Shown here: piece by piece, positions 1 to 7,016 of the stretch | Layout: the number at the start of each line of letters is the position of its first letter | Position numbering within the stretch: the first letter of the stretch is position 1 | From: Gemmatimonadota bacterium | GTDB lineage: Bacteria; Gemmatimonadota; Gemmatimonadetes; Gemmatimonadales; GWC2-71-9 | Reading direction: 5' to 3' | Length of the DNA stretch: 17,134 bases | NCBI GenBank assembly: GCA_036679605.1 | Contig: JAZDCZ010000117.1 | Coordinates: forward strand, 1-17,134 | Position numbers and translations under genes: made by a program | The notes under the pieces: model-generated | The model's input: only the letters and a program-made list of their open reading frames with translations | The model's database searches: none | What the model was told of the DNA's origin: nothing

Positions 1-92
1 CAACGAGACCAGACACCAGAAGTCACAAACGGAAGGAGACAAAAACTTCCTCCAGTGAACGTGCGTACTTGACCGGGACATGCCTTTCATGG

Positions 93-164
93 ATAGGGTC
101 CGCTGTGCGGACCACACCTGCTGTGTCACCCACGCGAAACTTTGGTCCGCACAGCGCACCCTAC
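93..164. repeat. Inverted pair of GTAG-type REP-like palindromic elements (REP dyad/REPIN-like)
   Basis: 93-114 ATAGGGTCCGCTGTGCGGACCA and the reverse complement of 143-164, GTAGGGTGCGCTGTGCGGACCA, match at 20/22. The left unit has a perfect internal hairpin (GGTCCGC-TGT-GCGGACC) and the right unit has one mismatch. A (G)TAG tetranucleotide precedes the hairpin and the location is intergenic. Confidence 0.75.
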
Positions 165-310
165 GAGACTTCTTCAAGACTGACGACCGTCGCCCCCCAA
201 GAATTCCTGCAATAGACCGCGCACCCTGGCGTTTTGCCCCGTGAACGCCGGCGAGGTTCGGCACCACCAACGTGTTCGATCTGTCTTTCACCCGGAAAGG
301 AACCATTGCC

Positions 311-1216
311 ATGATGACCCAAAGTCAGCCTGCGCGCAGGTCACAGTCACCGTTCGTCACCGCGATGTTCTCCGTCACGCTGCTTGCGCTCACTTCAGTT
401 TCCGCAGAGGCCGCCGCACGGCCGAACGGACTGAACATTGCGGTGCCTCAGGCGGTCATTCGAATCGAAGCCCCCCTTCCACCGCTCGGTCCGGACGACG
501 GTGGACCGGGCGGTCCCGGCGATGGGGGACCCTGCGCCGACGTTTGCGCCGCGCGCGCCGATGCGGTGCTCGAGCGCTGCCTGGAAGCGGGCGGTGACCC
601 GCAGCGCTGTGAGCATCGCGCCGCGCGCGTAGCGGAGCACTGCAATCATGAATGCGCACAACGCGGGTGCCGCCATCGTTGCACGGTGAAGGCAAACGCG
701 GTGGGCGAGGAATGCCTGGCTGCCGGTGGGTCCGAGGAAGAGTGTGACGAGCGCGTCCGGCGGTTCCTGCACCACTGCACGGCGGGATGCAGGCCGCTGC
801 GCTGCAGGGAGCTCTGCCACCTGATCGCGCGCCGCCACGTCGCCGCGTGTACGAGCAACGGCTTGCCGCCGGAGCAATGTGAAGCCGAAGCGCAGGAGAT
901 TCTCGAACGCTGCCTGAACGCCCCGCCGGCAAGCTGCGGTGAGCGCTGCCATGTTCGCGCCCGGATCTTCCACGATCGCTGCGTCGCGAACGAGGATCCG
1001 AACGTTGATTGCGACGCCGCAACCGCACGCTTCCTCACCGACTGCCTCGCGGGGTGCGAACCGGCGCCCTGCGACCAGCGCTGTGCCGCCGTCGGGCGCG
1101 TCGCGCTGCGCCGCTGCCTGCGTAACGGCGGCGAACCGGAGGTCTGCGAGCAGATGGCGGCGGATGCCGAGCACGAGTGTCTGGAGAACTGCGAAACCGG
1201 CGAGGGCGGCGAGTAG
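311..1216 (+). CDS. Secreted cysteine-rich repeat protein (five ~45-aa helical Cys repeats), hypothetical
   Basis: ORF 272..1216. ATG at 311 follows GGAAAGG (294-300). Signal-peptide-like stretch (FVTAMFSVTLLALTSVSAEA), Gly/Pro linker, then five C-x3-C-x10-C-x9-C-x10-C-x3-C units. GC3-rich codons, followed by a strong hairpin. Confidence 0.85.
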   Translation: MMTQSQPARRSQSPFVTAMFSVTLLALTSVSAEAAARPNGLNIAVPQAVIRIEAPLPPLGPDDGGPGGPGDGGPCADVCAARADAVLERCLEAGGDPQRCEHRAARVAEHCNHECAQRGCRHRCTVKANAVGEECLAAGGSEEECDERVRRFLHHCTAGCRPLRCRELCHLIARRHVAACTSNGLPPEQCEAEAQEILERCLNAPPASCGERCHVRARIFHDRCVANEDPNVDCDAATARFLTDCLAGCEPAPCDQRCAAVGRVALRRCLRNGGEPEVCEQMAADAEHECLENCETGEGGE

Positions 1217-1268
1217 TCGCGCGACGGAACATCGCAACCAGCATTCCGATCGACATGATCGGACAGTG

Positions 1269-1302
1269 AACCCCGCCCGGGTCCCGCACCCGGGCGGGGT
1301 TT
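1269..1302 (+). terminator. Intrinsic terminator-like hairpin
   Basis: Perfect 14-bp inverted repeat AACCCCGCCCGGGT (1269-1282) / ACCCGGGCGGGGTT (1288-1301) with a 5-nt loop, about 50 nt after the stop at 1216. The U-tail is short. Confidence 0.65.
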
Positions 1303-1394
1303 GCGCGCGCGGACCGACCCACCGGCCTTGTTCCCTTCGCCCGCCTCCCGTACATTGCCCGCCTGGATTTCACTGGCAGAGAGGACGCACAACC

Positions 1395-2696
1395 ATGAGC
1401 GAACATCGCACCCTCAAGGTCGCCCTCGCCGGCTGCGGAACGGTCGGATCGGGGGTTGCGGAGATCGTGGTCAATCGGGCGGAGGCGCTCGCCCGGCGGA
1501 CGGGACTGCGTTTCGCGATCACCCGCGCGCTGATCCTCGACCTGAATGAAAAACCGTCGGCGCCGCTGGCGGACAGCGTATACACCGAAGACCCGGCGGA
1601 CCTGCTCAGCGCGGACGCGGACATGCTCGTCGAGGTGATGGGCGGCACGGACACAGCGCGGGACGTCGTCCTGGCCGCGCTGGCGGCGGGCAAGCCGGTG
1701 GTGACGGCGAACAAGGCGCTGCTCGCGCTGCACGGCGCGGAGCTTTTCCGTGCGGCGCGCGCTGCCGGTACCTGCGTGGCGTTCGAGGCGAGTTGTGCCG
1801 GCGGGCTGCCCATCGTCGGGACGCTGCTCCGCGGATTGCAGGCCAATCACCTCGACGCCATCCTGGGCATCTTCAACGGCACCTGCAACTTCGTCCTCTC
1901 GTCCATGCTCGATGACGGGATGTCTTACGCCGATGCCGTCGCCGAGGCGCAGCGCTGCGGCTACGCCGAGACCGACCCCACACTCGATGTCAGCGGCGGC
2001 GACACCGCCCACAAGCTCACCGTGCTGGCGTCGCTGGCGTTCGGATACGATCTGGACTTTTCCCAAATCGCGATGCAGGGGATCGACACGCTGCAACGCG
2101 ACGACCTGCGCATCGCACAGGAGATGGGCTACGCCTGCAAGCTGCTCGGTATCGCTCGACGCGGCACGGGCGATTCCGATGCCGTCCATCTGGCGGTGCA
2201 ACCGACGCTGGTGCCCGCAGCCCATCCGCTGGCGGGCTTGAGCGGTGCCGACAACGGCGTATGGACGCGCGGCGACGTGGCGGGCGAGACCTTCTATTCC
2301 GGGGCGGGCGCGGGCAGCCTGCCCGCCGCCAGCGCCGTAGTTGCCGACATGATCGAAGTCGCCACCGGCGCGGCGCAGGCGACCTTCGCCGGCCTGCAAG
2401 TATATAGCGACCAAACGCCGGCGCCGGAGTACGCCGATCCGGACGCAGCCATCGAACCGTTCTACGTGCGGTTCAGCTTCGATCCGGCGCATGCGGCGCC
2501 GGTCGCCGACGTCGAGCGCGCCCTGCGCGACGTGCAGGTGGCGCTCGAGCGGACGCATCACGCAGCCGGCGCGCATGCCGTCGCAGTCATCACGAAACCG
2601 ATTATGCGGAATCGCTTGCGCACGGCGCTCTCGATCGCGGCGGGCAATCTGCAACTCACCGGCGAACCGGTCATGCTCGCGGTGCTCGAAGGGTGA
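1395..2696 (+). CDS. hom: Homoserine dehydrogenase
   Basis: ATG at 1395 after GAGAGGA. Rossmann motif VALAGCGTVGSG plus family motifs VEVMGG, VVTANKALLA, FEASCAGGLP, GIFNGTCNFVL, GYAETDPTLDVSGGDTAHKL and GAGAGSLPAASAV. The C-terminal ACT-like region is degenerate. Confidence 0.95.
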   Translation: MSEHRTLKVALAGCGTVGSGVAEIVVNRAEALARRTGLRFAITRALILDLNEKPSAPLADSVYTEDPADLLSADADMLVEVMGGTDTARDVVLAALAAGKPVVTANKALLALHGAELFRAARAAGTCVAFEASCAGGLPIVGTLLRGLQANHLDAILGIFNGTCNFVLSSMLDDGMSYADAVAEAQRCGYAETDPTLDVSGGDTAHKLTVLASLAFGYDLDFSQIAMQGIDTLQRDDLRIAQEMGYACKLLGIARRGTGDSDAVHLAVQPTLVPAAHPLAGLSGADNGVWTRGDVAGETFYSGAGAGSLPAASAVVADMIEVATGAAQATFAGLQVYSDQTPAPEYADPDAAIEPFYVRFSFDPAHAAPVADVERALRDVQVALERTHHAAGAHAVAVITKPIMRNRLRTALSIAAGNLQLTGEPVMLAVLEG

Positions 2697-2701
2697 CCGG
2701 T

Positions 2702-3955
2702 ATGAAGTACGCGATCATCCTGCCCGACGGCGCCGCGGACGAACCGCTGGCTGAGTTCGGCGGGCGCACGATTCTCGAAGCGGCGAATACGCCCTGCATG
2801 GACGAGGTGGCCCGCAGCGGCTCGGTAGGGACGCTGGTCACCGTGCCCGCGGGTTACCTTCCCGGAAGCGACGTGGCGACGTTGAGCGTGCTGGGCTGCG
2901 ATCCCGCGGTCCATTACTCCGGCAGAGCGCCGCTGGAAGCCGTCGCCCGCGAGGTGCCGCTCGGCCCGCAGGACATCGTCTTCCGCTGCAATTTCGTCAC
3001 CATCGCCGATGGAACCATGCGCGACTTTACGGCTGGCCACATCGCACAACCGCATGCGCACCGGTTGATCGCCGAGCTTAATGCCACGTTTGTTGACGAA
3101 CCGGTCGAGTTTTTCGAGGGCGTGCAGTATCGCCATCTGATGGTGCTGCGCGGCGGCGCCGACCTCGCCTGCACCTGTACACCGCCGCACGACATACCCG
3201 ACCAGCCGGTGCAGAACCACCTGCCGACCGGCGCCGCAGCCCAGCGCGTTGTGGACCTGATGGACCGCGCCCGCGGCGTACTCGCCAACCACACGGTCAA
3301 CCGCGAACGGACTACCGCACGCGAAAACCCGGCGACCGACATCTGGTTGTGGGGGCAAGGTCGCGTGCAACCCCTCGCATCGGTCGAGCAGCGTTACGGC
3401 GTGCGCGGCGCGAGCATAGCAGCCGTCGATCTCATTCGCGGCATCACCCGGCTAATGGGCTTCGCGCAAATCGACGTATCCGGCGCAACCGGATACCTCG
3501 ACACCGATTACGCCGCCAAGGGAAAAGCCGCAGTCGACGCCCTCGATGAATACGATCTGGTGTGCGTCCACATCGAAGCGCCCGACGAAGCCGGTCACCT
3601 CGGCGACAGCGCCGCAAAAATCCAAGCGGTCGAGCAGATCGACAAGCACGTAGTAGCGCCGCTCCTGCAAAAACTGCGCACCTACGAAGCGTGGCGCGTC
3701 CTAATCGCCCCGGACCACCCCACCCCGGTAAGCACGCGAACACACACCGCAACCCCCCCGCCGTTCTGCGTAGCAGGCGCCGGAATCCAAGCATCCGGAG
3801 CAGATGCCTTCGGCGAATCCACAGCAACGCAAGGAGGTTGGCGCGTAGACCCCGGCCACACCCTGCTCGCGGAGTTCCTAAAAGCCGCTACAATGCCACA
3901 GTGCGCTGGGCAACAGCGGGGCGATCACCGATTGCCTGGAGGAGAATGCGAATAA
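2702..3955 (+). CDS. apgM: ApgM-family cofactor-independent phosphoglycerate mutase-like metalloenzyme (subfamily proposed as an alternative homoserine kinase)
   Basis: Alkaline-phosphatase superfamily metal-binding motifs IILPDGAAD, PGSDVA (catalytic Ser), HIEAPDEAGH and IAPDHPTP...TH. Starts 5 nt after the hom stop. Confidence 0.88.
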   Translation: MKYAIILPDGAADEPLAEFGGRTILEAANTPCMDEVARSGSVGTLVTVPAGYLPGSDVATLSVLGCDPAVHYSGRAPLEAVAREVPLGPQDIVFRCNFVTIADGTMRDFTAGHIAQPHAHRLIAELNATFVDEPVEFFEGVQYRHLMVLRGGADLACTCTPPHDIPDQPVQNHLPTGAAAQRVVDLMDRARGVLANHTVNRERTTARENPATDIWLWGQGRVQPLASVEQRYGVRGASIAAVDLIRGITRLMGFAQIDVSGATGYLDTDYAAKGKAAVDALDEYDLVCVHIEAPDEAGHLGDSAAKIQAVEQIDKHVVAPLLQKLRTYEAWRVLIAPDHPTPVSTRTHTATPPPFCVAGAGIQASGADAFGESTATQGGWRVDPGHTLLAEFLKAATMPQCAGQQRGDHRLPGGECE

Positions 3956-3989
3956 TAGGTAACTGTCCCGCGTTGTCCAGGTCAGTCGG

Positions 3990-4493
3990 CTATATGGGCG
4001 ACCAGCCGACCATATGGGCGACCAGCCGACCAGGTGTGCGAAGCGACCGGGGCGGCGAAAGAACTGTGTAACGACCCAACGCGCAGAAAGTCTTCACTTC
4101 ATCGGTGATGTCTACGCTACCACGAACCAAGCTGCCATGGGCTGCGGAGGAGAGCGTCAGTACATACTCATTGGCTGCGATCTGCTCCCACTGCACACCG
4201 GTTGTTGATCCGATCGTTGCACTGTGATCGAGGCCCGGTGTATTGCCGTTGGCCACGGACGAAGAAAGATACGTACCGCCCGAGGTAAATTCGTTGGCGC
4301 TTCCACTGAACTGGTAGCCGAAAGGTTGACGGGTTGGGTTTGCATCGATCGATGCCTGACCGTCAATCTGCAGATTGACATCCGTATTCAGTGGCCTGAG
4401 GGGGGCTCCCTGCAACGTGGCCCCGACAACAAGGGGCGACGCCGCCAAGACAGCGAGCAATCGAGCAATCATTGGGCGTGGTTTCGGTCTCAT
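3990..4493 (-). CDS. Hypothetical exported protein, possibly C-terminally truncated
   Basis: ATG at 4493 preceded by GAAGGAG. Signal-peptide-like MRPKPRPMIARLLAVLAASPLVVGA, then a Ser/Gly/Thr/Asn-rich beta-type sequence. The C-terminus loses this character and runs into the 20-bp duplication. Confidence 0.6.
   Translation of the reverse strand: MRPKPRPMIARLLAVLAASPLVVGATLQGAPLRPLNTDVNLQIDGQASIDANPTRQPFGYQFSGSANEFTSGGTYLSSSVANGNTPGLDHSATIGSTTGVQWEQIAANEYVLTLSSAAHGSLVRGSVDITDEVKTFCALGRYTVLSPPRSLRTPGRLVAHMVGWSPI
3992..4031. repeat. Exact 20-bp tandem duplication
   Basis: ATATGGGCGACCAGCCGACC occurs at 3992-4011 and again at 4012-4031. Confidence 0.95.
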
Positions 4494-5076
4494 TCTCTTT
4501 ACTCCTTCCAGGCTATGGAGACAGCGCATCCGGCTCAGGACAGCCCTGAGCGCTCATTCGATCGATCAGGCAGCACGTGACTGCTCAAGACAACTTTGCC
4601 ACGCGCTGAATGGCTCGTCTCTCTCTCCCTCCCATGCGCTCTCGCTTCCACCCGAGGTTGATCTCGGCCGCACCAATGGGCGCCATGGGTTCGGCTCCAC
4701 GCCGGTGCCCATCACTGTTCTTTCGCGGGGGGAGGGAACGACCTGTCACGCTGTCTCGAAGAATCGGTTTTTCTTTGTGTGCGCTGTCGCCAGCAACAAT
4801 CTCCGCCCACGCACGCTGTCGGCGTCGTGAAAGATCGCTGCGAACCTTCAGACCGGTTCTTGCATGTGCATCCAGCATTCGTTCGACGGCGCCGGGATGT
4901 CCACGTGGTTCCTCGGGAAGCAGGTAGATCTCCGCCAGTCCATGACAGATGGACTTGCCCTCCGACGAATACCCTTCGAACGGGACGGGGTCAGCCGGTG
5001 GTCCGACGCAAGACCCACGCGGGCACGCCACTAGGACGGCGCCGGACTGGCGCACAAACGTCCCTCGGAACGGAGA

Positions 5077-5577
5077 ATGGCCATGACAGTATTGACACAT
5101 CCCATGCCACTGATCCCGGCGACGACTCTTCGAGACTGGCCCTCTGACGCGCTGACCATTCTCGGGCGGCTATCCCGCCATCCTTCGCGGGCGTCAGCCG
5201 CTGCGATCGGGCAGCATTTTGTTCTCAACAAGACTTCGCTTTCTCTCGCCCTGGAGGGCATGGATGCCCTCTGCGACATGGTGTGCGACTGGACCATCGT
5301 CTTCTTGGAAGAGGTCGTCGGCGATCCTGCCACGAATTATCTGCTGCGTCGACAGGCGCTCCACCGGATGAACGACCTCATGCTCGGCGCCATTCGCCGC
5401 GGCTATGACGGCCTTAGCCGGTCGCAATGCCTGGAGTGGACCGAAGCCTGTCGAGACGAAATCGATGTGCCACCCGGCAAAGACAATCCCCAACCGTTCG
5501 CAGCGCTCGACGTGCTCGGTGGTCACCTGGCCCAAGCAGTAGCCGATGGCTTTTTCGGCGAACTGCCAGATTTCTAG
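5077..5577 (+). CDS. Hypothetical alpha-helical cytoplasmic protein
   Basis: 166-aa ORF with GGAGA just upstream (ATG 5077 or 5083), protein-like composition and GC3 bias. No recognisable motif. Confidence 0.6.
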   Translation: MAMTVLTHPMPLIPATTLRDWPSDALTILGRLSRHPSRASAAAIGQHFVLNKTSLSLALEGMDALCDMVCDWTIVFLEEVVGDPATNYLLRRQALHRMNDLMLGAIRRGYDGLSRSQCLEWTEACRDEIDVPPGKDNPQPFAALDVLGGHLAQAVADGFFGELPDF

Positions 5578-5649
5578 ATGTTTCGGTGCTGCCCGGCGGT
5601 TCCTCTGTCACTGAGCAGAGTTCCGCAAGGAACGCAGGAGACGACAGAG

Positions 5650-6471
5650 ATGCACAACACGACAACCCACAACGACAGTTCCCGCGCTGGGTTCTCCAAA
5701 CACACCAGACCCACCTGTCGAAATGGCTTTACTCTGGCGGAATTGCTTGTCGTTGTTGCACTTGTGGGCATGCTCACCGCAACGCTACTGCCCAATCTGC
5801 GTCGGGTTCGCGATCAGGCACAGCGCGTGGCGTGCGCCTCGAATCTGCGCAGGATCGCTCTTGCCTGGCAGCAGTACATGCTCGAAGGCAACGATCGCTT
5901 TCTCCAGGCAATCAACGCTAACATCAACTACGGTGGGCAACAAGGCAACCAGTCAGCCTTCCGGGGCCCCAAGCCGCTGAATCGCCAGATGGGCATCCCC
6001 GAGGTCGTGGACAATGGAGCCGAGGTGTTCCGCTGCCCCAAGGACACCGGGAGCAACGTTGTTCGTCCCTCCTCATTCGAGGTTCACGGTAACAGCTATG
6101 ACGCCAACCCCTTTCTCATCGGGCAGGATCAGACGAACTTCTGGCGGAACCGCCGGAACCCTTCGCGAGCCGTGCTCAAGAAAGCCAACGATCGCCTGCC
6201 CGACCTTATCCGTTCGCGCGTTACCACCAATGAATCCGACTTGATCCTCTTCGGTGACTACGGCTGGATGCACCACTGGAACTTCGACAGCAGCCAGCGG
6301 ATTGAATGGCACAAGCAGCCTTGCCACTACAACCTGGCGTTTCTGGACGGCCATGTGGCCTTTACGAAGATCCGTAAGAGCATGCATGTGACGGCCGATT
6401 ACGCGATCATCCCCTTTGAGGATTTGCTGAAGCAAGCCGAGGAGTTGCAGGAAGAGGTACCCTGTGAATAA
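5650..6471 (+). CDS. Prepilin-type N-terminal cleavage/methylation domain protein (planctomycete type II secretion/DUF1559-like, H-X9-DG-like C-terminal motif), copy 1
   Basis: ATG at 5650 after GCAGGAG. G|FTLAELLVVVALVGML..LLPNL..R..A.R..C.SNL pilin helix, FRCPKD motif, and C-terminal WH...[10 protein letters not shown]. Confidence 0.88.
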   Translation: MHNTTTHNDSSRAGFSKHTRPTCRNGFTLAELLVVVALVGMLTATLLPNLRRVRDQAQRVACASNLRRIALAWQQYMLEGNDRFLQAINANINYGGQQGNQSAFRGPKPLNRQMGIPEVVDNGAEVFRCPKDTGSNVVRPSSFEVHGNSYDANPFLIGQDQTNFWRNRRNPSRAVLKKANDRLPDLIRSRVTTNESDLILFGDYGWMHHWNFDSSQRIEWHKQPCHYNLAFLDGHVAFTKIRKSMHVTADYAIIPFEDLLKQAEELQEEVPCE

Positions 6472-6815
6472 GACGCCCAGAGGGCTCCGAATGCGTCGAT
6501 TGGGTCTTCAAAACGGCGATTCGTTCGGGTAGAATGAGGGTCATCAGTCGGGCGGAGCCTGGGCCTGCGGAAAACTTTCTCATGGGTGGTGTATGCAGTC
6601 CGGCCTGATGAACATCTTGTGAGGGGCTGAGGATGATCCGCGCGAGACATGCACAAGACCGCTGGTTAGTCGTGGTTGCTTCCGGCTTTCTGTTGGGCTC
6701 CGCCGCCGCGTGGGCCCAGGACAGCAACAGCAACAGCGTGTTGGACTCCACGGACATCTCCGGTGGCCCTGGCCAGGACTGCAATACCAACGGCGTCCCT
6801 GAAGAATGCGACATC
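5899..6815 (+). repeat. Long direct repeat, copy A (prepilin C-terminal part + intergenic promoter/leader + secreted-protein N-terminus)
   Basis: Aligns to 14428-15344 at offset 8529 at every point checked (e.g. stop 6471 and 15000; ATG 6633 and 15162). Manual counts: 175/190 aa identical in the pilin part; 19 mismatches in 161 intergenic nt. Confidence 0.95.
6507..6535 (+). promoter_or_regulatory. Putative sigma70 promoter (copy A)
   Basis: TTCAAA (6507-6512), a 17-nt spacer, then TAGAAT (6530-6535). It is conserved in the second repeat copy and is the best-conserved part of the intergenic region. Confidence 0.6.
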
Positions 6816-6920
6816 TCCGTCGGTCGTGCCCTTGAAGGCACAACAACTCGAAACTGGTTATGCAGGGGGGGGGGGGCACACCCGAGTGCTGTGCAGGAGT
6901 TGGGCCGGCAAAACGGGTAA
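6633..6920 (+). pseudogene. Truncated N-terminal remnant of a Cys/Asp-repeat secreted protein (paralog of 15159..17042)
   Basis: The first ~61 codons (signal peptide, AWAQDSNSNSVLDSTDISGGPGQDCNTNGVPEECDI) match the N-terminus of the 15159 protein. The first repeat has C->S and G->S changes. Homology ends at ~6815 and the ORF ends in unrelated sequence containing a G12 run. Confidence 0.75.
6865..6876 (+). repeat. Homopolymeric G12 tract
   Basis: Twelve consecutive G at 6865-6876. Confidence 0.9.
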
Positions 6921-7016
6921 CTGTCTAGGAAGGGCAGAATCGCTGGGGGGCTCTGTTAAGGCAGCTCGCGAGCTTGGCCATGCTGGAGAGAACACCGTTT
7001 CGAATCAGGTCGAACC

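Noticed and set aside
2..58. 3' end of an upstream CDS (..NETRHQKSQTEGDKNFLQ*)
   Set aside because: Too short to support from this window alone.
311..1216. Multiheme cytochrome or RiPP precursor interpretation of the Cys-rich protein
   Set aside because: The spacing is C-x3-C, not CxxCH (only two CxxxCH instances), and no maturation enzymes are adjacent.
939..1394. N-terminal extension of the 585-aa ORF (hom)
   Set aside because: It overlaps the Cys-rich gene and a terminator. Hom similarity and an SD sequence begin at ATG 1395.
1035..2654. 539-aa antisense ORF and similar long shadow ORFs (395-1237, 2558-3370, 7983-8744, 12428-13207, 14928-15755, 15945-16727)
   Set aside because: These lie opposite well-supported genes and are expected in high-GC3 DNA. 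They have no motifs.
3992..4031. CRISPR-like repeat
   Set aside because: Only two adjacent copies with no spacer, and no cas genes.
4585..5100. 171-aa minus-strand ORF and overlapping plus-strand ORFs between the divergent genes
   Set aside because: No motif and no clear RBS, Arg/Gly/Ser-rich composition, and overlap with the start of 5077. It cannot be distinguished from non-coding or decayed DNA.
5899..6815. Repeat pair as template/variable repeats of a diversity-generating retroelement (a few A-to-N differences at 6723-6736)
   Set aside because: Most mismatches are ordinary C/T and other synonymous changes rather than adenine-specific ones. The repeat is far longer than a typical TR, and there is no reverse transcriptase in the window.
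6963..6974. 12-bp palindrome AGCTCGCGAGCT upstream of 7017 as an operator
   Set aside because: Single occurrence, plausible by chance in 17 kb of GC-rich DNA, and no cognate regulator evidence.
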